Both the position numbers and the translations under genes were made by a program. A DNA stretch of 64,000 nt from Nemertoderma westbladi (taxonomy: Eukaryota; Animalia; Xenacoelomorpha), in contig JAUCBJ010005809.1 in assembly GCA_032718475.1 (NCBI GenBank), positions 35,228 to 99,227 of the forward strand, read 5' to 3'. The notes beneath the pieces were generated by a model, which made no database searches, was not told the DNA's origin, and saw only the letters and a list, made by a program, of their open reading frames with translations. Positions 1-13,335 of this stretch are shown here, piece after piece. The stretch's first letter is position 1, and every line of letters starts with the position of its first letter.

Positions 1-240
1 CGTAGAAGTAAGTTACTAAGGGTTGGTCACTAATCCTAAGGGTTGGTCACGTAGAAGTAAGTTACTAAGGGTTGGTCACTAAGGGTTGGTCACTAATCCA
101 ACGTAGAAGTAAGTTACTAAGGGTTGGTCACTAATCCTAAGGGTTGGTCACGTAGAAGTAAGTTACTAAGGGTTGGTCACTAAGGGTTGGTCACTAAGGG
201 TTGGTCACTAAGGGTTGGTTACTAAGGGTTGGTCACTAAT
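1..240. repeat. Composite tandem repeat of TAAGGGTTGGTCAC (14 bp) interleaved with GTAGAAGTAAGTTAC units; truncated by window start
   Basis: Direct reading of repeated 14-mers and 15-mers. Confidence 0.9.
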
Positions 241-476
241 CCAAGATTGCAGGAAAATATTTAATTTTATTATTTATTTATTAATTTATTATCGTACATT
301 ATAGTTCATATACAATCAAATATAAGTAACAGCTACTGTAATAATAAGGTATAACGTAAGTACAGTGATTACAATCGATAATTAATAATATTAAATTAAT
401 GTGTGCAGATAAATATTTTATGTAATTCAATTCGGACTCAGAGAATCCAAGCACAGTCAAATCATTTGTTTTACTG

Positions 477-1031
477 TAAACTAGGCACGCACATCCAACC
501 TAAAGTATAAACTAGGCACGCAAATCAAACCTAAAGTATAAACTAGGCACGCACATCCAACCTAAAGTATAAACTAGGCACGCAAATCAAACCTAAAGTA
601 TAAACTAGGCACGCACATCCAACCTAAAGTATAAACTGGGCACGCACATCCAACCTAAAGTATAAACTGGGCACGCACATCCATCCTAAAGTATAAACTA
701 GGCACGCACATCCAACCTAAAGTATAAACTAGGCACGCACATCCAACCTAAAGTATAAACTAGGCACGCACATCCAACCTAAAGTATAAACTAGGCACGC
801 ACATCCAACCTAAAGTATAAACTAGGCACGCACATCCAACCTAAAGTATAAACTAGGCACGCACATCCAACCTAAAGTATAAACTAGGCACGCACATCCA
901 ACCTAAAGTATAAACTAGGCACGCATATCCAACCTAAAGTATAAACTAGGCACGCACATCCAACCTAAAGTATAAACTAGGCACGCACATCCAACCTAAA
1001 GTATAAACTAGACACGCACATCCAACCTAAA
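477..1031. repeat. 31-bp minisatellite (CTAGGCACGCACATCCAACCTAAAGTATAAA), about 18 copies
   Basis: Unit starts at 481 and 512 give period 31; copies are near identical. Confidence 0.97.
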
Positions 1032-2699
1032 GCGTATTTTATAAGAGTAAAAGAGGCTAGAGAATATGATATATCTAATCTAACCCACACTTTAATTGTC
1101 TCAATCGAAAAAACGCGTGCAGTATCTATTAATTATTCATTGTAGTTGGCCCTTAAAAATATATGATATAAATATGTATTAGTGGTGGTGGGTAGTAGGT
1201 TTCATTGATTGTGCTAGAATGGAATAAAGCATATTGCCCACCCACCCAAAAGTATTTCGTATTCGAGTCATAGTAATCAATTTTGGGAAATATACAAGTT
1301 GGCCCTCATTTACTATTTATGATGAAATCTAAGGACAAACACGAATTATATAAGTAGAAATTATGGTGTGGGTATTAATGATTTTTAATGAGGAACAAGC
1401 TGGTTATAAGCGTAAATATATGAAATATTTCTAAGTCGCGATTTTGGACACAAAGAACTCATTGTATTAAAAACGTATAAAAGTCAAAAATGTTTAGAAT
1501 CATCGATAATAGTGGGGTAGGCAAAATTCAAAATCCACAAAGGGCGGGAAATTTGAAATTACGTTTTTGCATGTACGTTTTTGCCCCTTTAAATCGTGAA
1601 CCAAGGGTCCAAATAAAAAGCCGATTTCAGAGTCGAAATCAGCACACTCCAGTTACCTAAGAGAAATATCCTGATAAGGTTTAGTTAGTGTTTATCAAAT
1701 AATTAAAGAAATAAATATTATTCTAGAACTTTGGCGAGCTACAAAACATTCCGGTATGGTAAAACAGACCGGACAAGATATTCGTTGTCAACGACTTCGA
1801 CGAATATAGGACGAAAATAGGAGTTTTCATCCTATTTTGAGATGATTTAGTTTTTACAAAAAAAATTTTATTTTTGTCAATATTCTAGAATTACGGATAG
1901 AACTACGGATGATACGATGCTTTCGATGTTGGATAGAGGAAAGATAGCTCTAGAAGAAATATTAACCAACTTTTTCCAAAGTGGCCGGGAAAAGTAGCAA
2001 CAAATGAGGTCGCAAAAACCGCACATATCGCAAATGCGTAAAAATTCGAAAACGACATTCCACGCACCAATTTTTATTATTAGAGCTACGACATCGCAAC
2101 TACTTTTAATAGAGAGACCGAAGAGGGTAGAAACTTTTTCGATCTGGGTAGTGTTTAGTTTCGAGCGGTCTTCCTCCCGAAAATTGGGGCCAAATATTTG
2201 CAACTCGCAAAAACCCCCGATATTCGAAGCTCTATTTATCGAGAAAACTTATCCCCTGGCCTTGAAATTAGAATCCGATGGAATAACTTTTTATTCTCTA
2301 CAAAATCGCTTAACATTGCTTTTATAAAAATCTAATTTCTAATGTACCAATTTCGGGTCCGTAGGGGCCCTCAAGCAAAATTCAAAGTTCCGTAGCTCAT
2401 CCTCATCCACCTAGTTATTTTTTTCAAAAAATCTTCCAATTAAACCTTAGAATTGCAAGTAGTTGACCTAGCAAGAGCATACCGGTAGAAATCAGCCTAT
2501 TGGTCAAGGAATACGTCGCCACATAGAAAAATAGTATCCTTCCGGCATACAATAATAATCAATAAAATATAAGTCGTACCCAGGGTCTAATTTAGCCTCT
2601 AGGACATAAGACTCACAAATAGATACGATCTAAAGTCGTGTCTGGATCTAAGGTCGCACCCCCCTGGTTCACACCCGAGATCTAAGTTCTCCCGAGAAT

Positions 2700-3485
2700 C
2701 TATTTATTTATTTATTTCCTTTCCATTATCGGGCACTAATGACCCATGCTACTGTACGTACATTTTTAATATACTAAACGAAACACATAGCACAAAAATT
2801 AATTACGGTTGGACCCTACAATCTATAATTAAATTCACAGTGACCGACAACCGACCAAAGAAAAAAGAACAAAAATGAAACCAATAGAACTTCATTATAC
2901 ACTATCATTACAAAGTGAAAAATGCAAAAAAATACAAAAAAAAACAAAAAATTTACGAGGGTGGATATTTATGGCCCAGTATTGCGAATATATTAATTAT
3001 ACAATATTACACAGATAGAAGTACTTCCCAACGGTCCCGTAAAGTCGAGGACGTACAAATATTAAAACAAACTGAAAGTAAATCGTTACTAGAAGACGCT
3101 ACTCGCCTTGCGAGCGAGCCTGCCGCAACCCTACATATTGCTACAAAAGTATTAACTCGATTATTTACAAAAATTGTATCCGCGTCATCACAGCGACTAT
3201 ACTTAAAAAGTAACCTGAACGCAGTATTGTAGGCTACACGGACCTTACGCAGATCCTCAACTCTAAATATACTCCACAGTGAAGTACAATAAAGACTGTA
3301 ACAATAAGTTTTAAATAACGCTCGTTTCACTGGCAATGAGCAACCGCCAAAGAAACGTGCTAACTGGTTACCACGGCGATAAAGAGAACGCTTAGCAACC
3401 ATCATATCAGACTCATCTGACAGTGAACTACTAAGTCTGTGTCCTAGATAAGTAAGTTCTTTTACGCAAGGTATTATTTTACCAC
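2700..3485 (-). mobile_element. 3' fragment of a non-LTR retrotransposon (RT C-terminal region plus 3' UTR; RTE-X-like by recalled motifs)
   Basis: Minus-strand reading gives ...ELTYLGHRLSS...LFKTYCYSLYCTSLW...VRVAYNTAFRLLF (ORF 3007-3405 and upstream), ending in a (TAAA)n-like tail near 2700. A related peptide occurs at 52182-52412. Confidence 0.75.
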
Positions 3486-4254
3486 ATCACACACACCACA
3501 TCTAATATTATGGGTTTTTAGAGCTCGCTGCAGTTCGTTTCCTGGTCGTTTCAGGTTTTTACAGACCATTCCAGGTCGTTTCAGGTCTTTACAGCTCATT
3601 CCAGGTCGTTTCAGTTCGTTTCAGCTCATTTCAGGTCGTTTCAAGCCGTCTGGTGTTTCTAGTAGGGAGGCTATGATACTCTTTGTCACTCACTTAGATC
3701 TGTAAGAATCTGTAAGAATGGAAGTTGAATTCATTCTGCATTTTAAATTAAAATTTACATTTTTAATAACTGTACTAATTTGTGATGATAGAAAAGAGGG
3801 GGAAAGTTATTAGTGGTGACCACACAATAGTACAGATGGTCGACCCGATACCAGCAATACAAATCAAAGGAATTATTTGGAAGATACGTTGGGGATTATT
3901 ATGTAAACTTATTTACTTGTATAATGTATAGTATTATGGCTCAAATTAATTAAGTATACATGCACTCATTCATCAATGGCTGACCTGAATCTATTTAGTC
4001 TATATTAATGTTGTTCACATTTGATTCCCCTATATATCTACTTGTAGTTGATTAATTACATTTAACTAATATGTAATGAAGGATATAAACTGAGTAGCTA
4101 ATTAGTTAGGTATAAAGGTATATAAATTATCTGTTTTAGAGGCGTTTAGCATTTGTGTTGTGAAATAAAGTAAGCATTCCACAAAATTGCCTTTTCCTTC
4201 TACTAATGGCAGATAGGGTGGAAACTGGACTCAATAAAATCCATCCCTCTCCAG

Positions 4255-4410
4255 TGTAAAATCGACGCAAATAACCGCTGATTACTCTCAAAAATAAAAA
4301 TGTAACCTGTTGAATTTATTGTTTTGGTTAAAATAACGTGCCACTGTAGCCTGTTCCTTTCCCTAAATTTAGGATTAACATTGAGGCGGGATATTAATTC
4401 GCCAAGATGG
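4255..4410. repeat. Interspersed repeat; a diverged inverted copy lies at about 38730-38895
   Basis: Blocks GACGCAAATAAC, TTTATTGTTTTGGTTA..ATAACGTGCCACTGT and TAACATTGAGGCG.GATATTAA.TCGCCAA recur as reverse complements at 38730-38895. Confidence 0.75.
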
Positions 4411-5698
4411 TCCCCCCCCCCCCCCCCCCCCCCCCTGTCTCGAGCAAGGGATGGAAAAGGTTGAGAAAAGGAAGAAAGGGAAATTTTGTGGAATAAATTG
4501 TCATAGTAAAATCAAATAAAATTGTATTATTCTGTTACCAAATACAGTACGTAGGAAATTACAAAGTTAATATTCATTCATATACTGTAGACAGAGCCGC
4601 AAAATAACACTAATGCGGTACCTTATATTTATATTGTTCCATGATTTACACTACTACAGTAGGCCTATATATTCTCCTCTCCATGGATGTAACAATTTCG
4701 TTTTTCCCAAGTCTATGTAGGATTATCACTTTCAAGTTGGTCTATATGTCGTAGCCGAAATTCGTTGTGATTTCGTCGGTGTCCAAGTCTCACCCCCATA
4801 TAACAACGTACACGTATGCTGTGGAAGTCTAGAACGCTGCATGTCCTACTAGCCCCACCCACCCCCTATTCCCCAATCCCATTCCCATTCCCGTTCCCAT
4901 CCCTTAAGCTGCAGCCCTTGACTAGATTTGCTATTGGCTGCTGCCCTCTCCTATCGGCAATGGATGTATTTTCTATTACTATTATCAATTATTATGGTAA
5001 AATGTGTTTATAATTAATTATTATATGTTTATGTCCGGTTATGTCCGGTTATGTTACGTTTGGGAATAAGTTAACTTGAACTTGTCATCGGGGAAAACTC
5101 AAGTTTGTATTCTTACACAGCGTCTTGCCGCTTTTTCTAAGATAAATTTATTAGGTTGTAATTACTAATCAATAACTCATTCATTCTTATCACCACATTC
5201 AAAAACTTACTATTGTCTAATACTGAGTTTCAAATACTGCAGTGTTTATTAGTTTGGAAAGCAAAGAGTAATATAAAGCCGAGTATAACCTATAAAATCA
5301 CAATAATAACCTCAATAAACGACCGAATTAGGCCTGTTTTAATACATTATCATTAATATTTATATTATTTGGGATAATTATAAGGAAATATTATAATGTA
5401 ACTGTATGTAATTCAGTCTCTGATAATTCCTTTATATATTGTCAAAATAAATTAATGAGAAAAAGTTACCACTTGTTTATTTCGATAATTTTATGAATAA
5501 TAATAAATTAGGGCAGTGCAAACCTTTACTTAAAATATTTGTAAAATAAACAATTAGATATAATAAGATACATTAGTATTCATTATTAGTGTTACTGTTA
5601 TATATCATTCGCAATTAATATTGATCCGGCATTCATTTCACTAATAAATCTTAATTAATATATATTTATCCAATAAACTCAATGTTTCTCAATAAGCA

Positions 5699-7042
5699 AT
5701 GACGTCATGCAAGGAGCGGCTTCGCGCATTTTGGTTAAACACCATGCTTTGTACCTGTCTCACAGACTTATTCAAATGGCACCGACGTCACTTGGTTACA
5801 ATCGGTTCCAGTTGTATTATATTCTCATTTGGAACGCTACTAACCACCGGCAACATGAACCAATATGTGACGTCATACATCAGGGCATTTTCGACACCGA
5901 AATCGTTAACATTGGAAGATTTCACATGGGTTCACGGGGTCATGCAGTTTACTGAGGGATGCGCGATGTTGGCTTGCGGGTTCCTTTGTTCCAGAATAGG
6001 TACTAAATTAGTTGCTGGGATCGGATGCTGTCTGGTCATCCTCGGTATATTCCTATCCTACGTTACTGTAACGTCTTCCTTCTACGTATTCGTCCTCAGT
6101 TACGGCGCCCTTATCGGCTTCGGAATCGGACTAGCCTACGTGCCGAGTCTTTCCATGGCACTCAGTTGGAATCCACGCCATCAAGCGGTGGTTAACGGAA
6201 TCGTGAGCGGCTGCATAGGTGTAGGGGGCGCTGCGCTCGAGTTGCTACAGACGCGACTGATCAACCCGGATGAGCTGCCGACCGACGCGAGGGGTTTCTT
6301 CCCGCACCCGGAGTATCTCAATCTGAAACCCGCTCTGCTCCAGATCGGGAGTCTCATGCTGCTCGTTTACGTTTTCTCGCTGTTTCTCGTCTCGGATGAC
6401 GCCAAGCTCGACGACTCTCAAGATGAATCCGCGTATCTAAAGTCCCTGGACGAGAAAAACGGTAAAGTCGAGATGACACCGTCGCAAATGGTAAAATCCA
6501 AGCAGTTCTACATCCTTCTATTCGCCTTCTTCTTCCACATGATGGGTTTTATATTTTTTATCGCTCTCTTTAAGGATTACGGTTCCACCTTCATTCATGA
6601 CGACGAGTTTCTGACTTGGGTGGGTATATCCGCTAATATTTCCTACACGGTCGGCGGACTCATCTGGGGGATCGTTGCTCAGAAAATCGGTTTCAAGAGG
6701 TCGGTGATCGCCGCTGAGTGTCTCATCATGGTGGAGATTCCAGGTCTGGTGTTGGCTCCATTGGTGCAGCCGGTGTTCTACCTGGTATGGATTGTACTCT
6801 TGTATTTGCCTCTTTCTGTGGCGTTCACTACATTTCCGACTGCGATCATACAGTCTTTTGGCGTAGAAAATGCGCAAACAAACATCGCGCTGATTCTCTC
6901 ATCCGCGGGTTTCTCGGGTATTATCTGCTCTCTCATCGCCACACTCCTCACGTCCACTATCGGATGGATCGCTATGTTTGGTTTACTTATTGCCCTCTTT
7001 ATGATTTCATTTTTCCTTATTCTCTTTTACAAAGAATATTAA
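5699..7042 (+). CDS. Major facilitator superfamily transporter, oxalate:formate antiporter (OFA/OxlT)-like, 447 aa, single coding exon
   Basis: ATG-to-TAA ORF with about 12 hydrophobic segments in two halves. MFS motif-A-like loops GFLCSRIGTK and GIVAQKIGFKR, plus YGALIGFGIGLAY and GNMNQYVTSYIR, typical of eukaryotic OFA-like proteins. GC-richer than flanks. Confidence 0.9.
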   Translation: MTSCKERLRAFWLNTMLCTCLTDLFKWHRRHLVTIGSSCIIFSFGTLLTTGNMNQYVTSYIRAFSTPKSLTLEDFTWVHGVMQFTEGCAMLACGFLCSRIGTKLVAGIGCCLVILGIFLSYVTVTSSFYVFVLSYGALIGFGIGLAYVPSLSMALSWNPRHQAVVNGIVSGCIGVGGAALELLQTRLINPDELPTDARGFFPHPEYLNLKPALLQIGSLMLLVYVFSLFLVSDDAKLDDSQDESAYLKSLDEKNGKVEMTPSQMVKSKQFYILLFAFFFHMMGFIFFIALFKDYGSTFIHDDEFLTWVGISANISYTVGGLIWGIVAQKIGFKRSVIAAECLIMVEIPGLVLAPLVQPVFYLVWIVLLYLPLSVAFTTFPTAIIQSFGVENAQTNIALILSSAGFSGIICSLIATLLTSTIGWIAMFGLLIALFMISFFLILFYKEY

Positions 7043-7162
7043 ATATTATATTTTCAGCGATATAAATTTTATTTTGAGGTTTTAGTATTTTTTTTTCTTA
7101 GGAAATAATCATACATTTTATTTTTGGGACGTTAGAAATTATACTTAGTATTAGTTGTGCCG

Positions 7163-7168
7163 AATAAA
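7163..7168 (+). promoter_or_regulatory. Candidate polyadenylation signal AATAAA of the MFS gene
   Basis: AATAAA about 120 bp after the stop codon; weak evidence in AT-rich DNA. Confidence 0.4.
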
Positions 7169-8000
7169 AATTATAACGTTAATTCTTTGAGAATATCTAG
7201 GAAATGCAGAAGTTGCAAGCCGGAAGTTTTTAAAAATCAATTGAATTCGAAGTATAATAAATTGTATTAATGATCAATATTTGTTGGTTTATCTAATTGA
7301 CATTAAGATTAATTATTTACTCAATGTAATTATTAATGATATCTTTATTAGTATAAATACTTTATACACGTAAAAAGTAAGTTTTTCCAAAGAACACCAG
7401 GTTAATTAATTTGATGAGCGTAGCGAGCGATATTAACGTTAATTCAAAGAATTCAAAGGAAGATAATTTTTAGATACTTTTACCATTTAGTAGGCCTACT
7501 GTACTTATTTTTATTACACAATTCTATTTTTCTCATTCTTGATTACGTTTGACATAAATAAATGCATATATGTAAATGTATATGTAAGTGTATTCCGGGT
7601 AACATTCCCGGCGTCTTAATGTATTAGTTAATATAAGAGGGATAAATAGCAAACGTGTGTAATAAATTAAAAAATATTTTGCGTCCTTTTTAATTTGTTT
7701 TTTTTCTTTTAGTGCATTGTTTATTTAAATTTGGTGAGGATTAATATACGTATTTTTATTTCATATCCAGGTAATTGTTGTTCATAACCTACAGTAAGAT
7801 AGTAAATAGCCTATTTATCCACTGTGTTGCGGTCAGTGCCCATGTAAAGTTAACCATCCTACGTATTATTACCACTGCGGTGCCTGGTGCTTTTGTAATG
7901 CATGGAGTGAAACATTATCCAATATATTTTTCATTTAAATATTAAATTTTAATAATGACTTAGGCCATTTTTGTCAAACATTTACGTAGGACATTGTTAA

Positions 8001-10198
8001 GGGGAGTAGTAGATACAGGCATCCAATTTTTTTCAATTTTTTTTTTCCTGTTTCATCTAGAGCAAATTTTTATCAAGATCCCAAATTTGAAAACCGTTTA
8101 GCAAGATCTGACTTACTTCTCGGGATATGGCTGTCTGACCGATTGACTGTCGGTTTGTCCGTCAATATGTCTGTCCGTCAATAAAAAGCAAACTATCTGT
8201 ATAAAAAAAATTCCCTATATGGGTTTTCGTGGTCGGTGACTTTTGTGATGTCAATATTCAAATTTGGCCTCGTTGTTTCTGTCTGTATGCCTGTCAGTCT
8301 ATCCGTCAAAATATAACCGACAGACTAACTGCCAAACAGACAATTTGGAAGTATCAAATGTTAAATCTGACACTCGAAATGAATTCTGCGACCAGGACCA
8401 GGAAAACCCCTCAGGCTAAACTTTTAACTAGATTTTATGCCCTTTTCTTATATTTGACGGACTGATTGTTGGATAGTCAGAAAAACCGACAGACAGATAT
8501 ACAGACAAACAAGATTTCATTAAATGTGAAAACTCACCTCAAAAATGAAATCAGCGACCAGAAAAACCCCATAGCAAAAATCTTAACAAGGCTTTGTTTT
8601 GCTAGGTATATATTGACAGACATTATTTCATAATAACAGACACTTTTTGCGCGGGAAGGTTCAAATTTTAACTGGATTTTTCTCAAAATGAGTTTATAGA
8701 ATTCTTTCGGTACATTTTTCTCAGCTGCCATTTGAGATATAGACTTGAAAATTTCTCACTAGGATCATTTTTTACCTTTAGAATAACGTTAGAATAAAGT
8801 TAACCAATTAGTTTTTTGTATTATGTACGCATAAGCACCAAATTGTGTGATTTTAACCCTATTACCACTGGGGTGTTTTGACCATTAGCACCACTGGGGG
8901 GGGGGGGGGGGGGGGCGATTCGGCCCACCCACTATATTTTTGTAATCGTTCAATGAAATCCTCAAAAATTTAGGCTGTTGGTGAAACTACCATAGATGAA
9001 CACTACCAAACCTTAAAAAGTTAAAATTTCATAAGCAGGGAATCATAATTTTGATGAAAAATAAAAGTAGTCCCAGGACAAAATTACAAAATTTTTTTCG
9101 TTTTCTAAAAACTAATAGTGTGGCAGTGTTGGCTAGATTTAGTAGGTTTTTCAAGACGCTGAATCGAATGTGATTATATTCCATTTCCAAAAATTGAAGT
9201 GGATGCTATTTTTCGTGCACATAAGAAGTGGGCGTGGCACTTCAAATTTTTAAAAATTGGATATTCAGAAAATGCCCCTAATTTTTTATTTCAACGCATC
9301 TTTATAGGTTTTCTGGGCCGCTGAATCAATTGAAAGTAATATAGAAGCCTGAAGACTTAGTGGTTCGCCATTTTTGGTGCACCAAAATTAGGTCGTGGAA
9401 CTTCAAATTTTGAAAAATGAAATGAAAAATTTTGGTGCACCAAAAATGGCAAACCACTAAGTCTTCAGGCTTCTATACTACTTTTAATCGATTCAGCGCT
9501 CCTGAAAACCAATAAAAATGCTTCGAAATCAAAACTTTAGTAAACTTTCCGAATGAAGTAATTTTGAAATTTTAAAGTGCCACGCCCTAATTTTGGTGCT
9601 CCAAAAATGACGTACCACTACACTTACATACTTGTATAGAGCATTAGAGTGATCCAAACCAATAAAATAAATAAAAATAGCCCAAACATAAATAATTACT
9701 AAATCACGAATGACTTTGTAAAAATCGGAAATTTCAAAAAATTTGGTGCTGGAGACCAAATTTTGAGGTGGCACCCATATCGAAAAGTTGAAATCCAATT
9801 GCAACGTCGTTTTTTGAAAAAGATACGGCATTAAATTTGGCTAATTCTGAATAAAAATTGGGCCGGTACGTAATGTGGTTGCATAGTTACAGCAACTAAA
9901 AACTAGGAAGGGGCCGATCCCCCCCCCCCCCCCCCCCCCAGTGGTAATAGGGTTAATGTTTGTGACACTAATTATTTGGCGAATTTTTCTGAAAAATTGG
10001 TCCATTTATAAAAAATAAGCTAAATATATAAAAAAAATTGAAATTGAAAAAACCAATTGGTCTACCTGAAAGCCCATTAATTTCCGGTTGGAATGTATGA
10101 ACAGTTGGCCTATAAAGTAATCTGATAAGTTCTAAAAGTGTACCGACTACAGTGGCTTAATAGTAGTTTGTATGGAAAAAATGTCTTTACTACTCACC
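8001..10198. mobile_element. Non-autonomous Kolobok-like DNA transposon (TTAA TSD, GG...CC termini)
   Basis: TTAA (7997-8000) then GGGGAGTAGTAGATACA; TGTCTTTACTACTCACC then TTAA (10199-10202). The TIRs match at 14/17 positions. No ORF. Confidence 0.7.
8857..9952. mobile_element. piggyBac-type MITE nested in the Kolobok-like element
   Basis: TTAA|CCCTATTACCACTGGGG ... CCCCAGTGGTAATAGGG|TTAA: perfect 17-bp TIR with CCC...GGG ends and TTAA TSD, plus internal inverted subrepeats. Confidence 0.9.
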
Positions 10199-10889
10199 TT
10201 AAAAAGTAATGAAAAAGTTACAAACCAACAAGGAAAATCCATTTTTTAAGCAGATAACTTGCGTTCCAATTTTTTGACGGTCAGACCGACGGACATCAAT
10301 TATATTGAGAAGTAAAGAAGATCTTAAAATAAATGTATCAGTTGTTTAGTGTCTCTGGGTGCGGATTCATTGGGTGCCTCCTAGTCTATAGAATAGAATA
10401 TACGTAATTTATTTGATTTGAATTTTAAATAATTCGAATATTTAATAATAATAAAATATACAGCGACGGAATTCCAGATGAACCTACTGACGAGTATCCC
10501 GACTACAACCACGGAGCAGCAGTGACCAAACCATTTATGTTATGTATAATATGCTACTGTAACAACCACTATAGGCCTACCTTTGATAGGCCAAACTAAA
10601 CAAATAAAGGGAATCTAAAACCGACTGTTTACAAATGTCTGATACCTTTCTGGGGCCTTCGTGCAGCACGAGACTAAGTTATCAGATACAGATTACAATT
10701 GAGAAATTCTATCAGAAAAATCGGTATTTAAGAAATTTAACCAACCCGCCAATAAGAATAAATCAAAGAAGAGAGAAAAGTTCCCCCCTTCAACCCCCCT
10801 CTTAATCTGCAACACCCCAACCCAAAGGCGCACAGATAATTAATGAAAGGCAGAGGTGTTAACAGGAAATTTTGAATTTTAGGCATAGA

Positions 10890-11455
10890 GGCGACCCAAT
10901 ATGTTAAAAATATTAATTAAAATACTCAGGCATTCATTTTGCGAGATAAATAATAAGCAAGCTGGCTTATTAGTCTGGCACCTTACACTTATGTAATTAC
11001 CCATTGCTAAGTAGTGCTGAAGTGGTTGGACTGGTTCCCAGCGCTAGCAGCTAGGCCAGGCAATAGCACGCATGCCAAGTTATGAAATAGATGGAAGTAT
11101 AGAGTGACGGGATGCGTTCTGATAACTTAATTATGTTTAGATCAATTAAAAACACATTTCTTAAAGCAAATCACTTGAGCTAATTAAAAACTATAATGGA
11201 ATGGGGTATGGGGATTACAGCTGTATAATTTTTAAGTATAATTATTTATATCTTATACTATAAAATAATTAATTTCCATTAAAAGTCATGTTGAAAATTT
11301 ACCCTAACCAAAATTAATTCATTTATCATTATTTAATTAACTGAATTTATCTTATCTTACGAAAATTCAAATTGGAAAATTGTAAACCTTTGCCAAACAA
11401 CATGTGTAACAAATTTGAATAGATTTAATTAAGATTTGGCTGAGTTATTAACGTT
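10890..11455 (+). repeat. Interspersed repeat, copy 1 (copy 2 at 47851-48551)
   Basis: Long near-identical stretches, e.g. GCGAGATAAATAATAAGCAAGCTGGCTTA and GGTTGGACTGGTTCCCAGCG; both copies begin GGCGACCCAATATGTTA. Confidence 0.9.
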
Positions 11456-13118
11456 TAACCCGTCTTAGGCAGCGTCTTTGTTGGGATGGTGATCCCTTAG
11501 CAGTTCTCCTGTCTACCGCTAGTGGACTGAAATGAAAAAATCATTATTGTTTATAATCCTATCTCTCTGATTCATAATTGTGTTAATTGTATTCAGAATA
11601 CATTTCAACATAAATAAATGTAGCCATCTCCGTTTCGGCAAAAATTCTGGCTTCAAAATGGAACCAACGATATGCCAAGTTTGAGCTTTAACGGAATAAA
11701 ATAAAGGAAACGTTGGAAGGTTTTCAATTCCAGACATTTCACATACAGACGGAAAACTGCAGACCGATTACCGACCCCACAAAAGACAGTGGATGTGTTC
11801 TAGCAAATATCTGACAAGTTTCAGTTTGAACGGATTATAGATAACAATGGGTCAAATAATTTAAATTTAGCGGCAGACTAGAGAACTGCAGACGGATTGC
11901 CTCCTTTGAACGAAACATCTAATGGATTAGTACAACGAAACGGGAAACGGGAAGTAGGCGTGTACAGCAGAACTGGACAATTTACTGCACTTATCTAATT
12001 AAGGGGGGGGGGGGGGTTTGCGGTCATAATTCATTAAAATTGTTTTCAGGTTGATCTAGCGGCCTGCGCGAGATTTTAACAATTTTCACTAAAAAGACTA
12101 CCGTACTCCTCCTTAATTATCCATTTTTACTTTCCGAGACCGCATTTTTTGGAACCAACATGTTCATTTTCATCATATATTTCTCGCACTCTTTGTATTT
12201 TCTTTTTCTATTTATGTAAAAAAAAAACTGATAAATTTTTAAAAACCGTAAAAATCCATGTTTTTTTGTAATTTTTAATTCAAAAAATGGGGAAATATTA
12301 TTAAATTAAGAAAAGTGCGTGAAATTTATTGAAGCTAATTGAAATTAACCTTTCATATTAAGCAAAAATTGCAAAAAAACGGTTAAGAAATTGTGGAGGA
12401 GTAGTATTTTTCGTGCGAAAAAATGTCAATCTGAGATAATCGGATTTAAAGTTCAAACGTTCCCGCGCAAAACGACCTGTATGGGGTCTGGTTGGTTAAT
12501 AGTGTCCGACATGAAAGAAGCACACCATCGAGCTAAAATTATATTTATGGGGATTTTTTGGGTCGCTGCTTTCATTTCCGATGTCAATTGTAATATTTGG
12601 TGGGATGTAATCTGTACGTATCCCCATAAAATTCTGCATTAGTTGCAATAAAAAACAAATTTCTGAAATTTTTAGTTAGGGAGGCTAATACCCCCCCCCC
12701 CCCCCCCCCTCCTCCCACTTAAATACGTCCAATAAGGACCGAATGCAATTAAGTTATTGAATCGCAATAAAATAATTAATTCCAGTAATATAATGTTTCA
12801 AATGTTTCAAAAGTTTCAAAAGGTGAAAACTCATACATCTATTCTAATTTTATTTATAAATTGGAGTCCTAAATTTTTAGCGAGAATTCACAAAAAGTAT
12901 TACCACTTCTAGAAAAAGCATCATTTTAGTTTTGGCATTTTTTACGCCTTGTGGTACCTTAAAATTAGGTTCACAACACTAAAGTAATCACATGTTATAT
13001 TTATAATAATATGATGCTATATCGTGTATGCTTACATTGCTTAGGTGTAAGAAGGGTCTATGGAAAGCCACATTAATGGAAGAATTTTCAAAACAGGAAA
13101 ATATGAATATTGGACTAT

Positions 13119-13335
13119 TATTCGATAAAAAAAAGTAAGCGAAAAACACCGCTTTTTTCACTCATTTTCAATTTATAGCGAAATTCAACTATTCTGCCCG
13201 AGTGTTTGAATTTTACAAGAGTTGGCAAAAAATGCCAATGAGTAGAAAACTAAACACACGAGGGCAGATTAACTGAATTTTGTTAAAGAAAATGAGTGGA
13301 AAATAGTGTTTTCCGTTACGTTTTTATATCGAATA
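13119..13335. mobile_element. Degenerate palindromic (fold-back) MITE-like element
   Basis: Nested inverted matches: TATTCGATA/TATCGAATA, CACTCATTTTC/GAAAATGAGTG, TCTGCCC/GGGCAGA, GTGTTT/AAACAC. Confidence 0.6.

Noticed and set aside
1877-2327. Overlapping ~108-aa ORFs
   Set aside because: No recognisable domain; the sequence resembles the interior of a non-coding DNA transposon.
5699-7042. Bacterial contamination or recent horizontal transfer of the MFS gene
   Set aside because: N-terminal motifs fit eukaryotic OFA-like proteins, flanks are continuous with host-type repeats, and there is no operon context. A phylogeny would be needed to exclude it fully.
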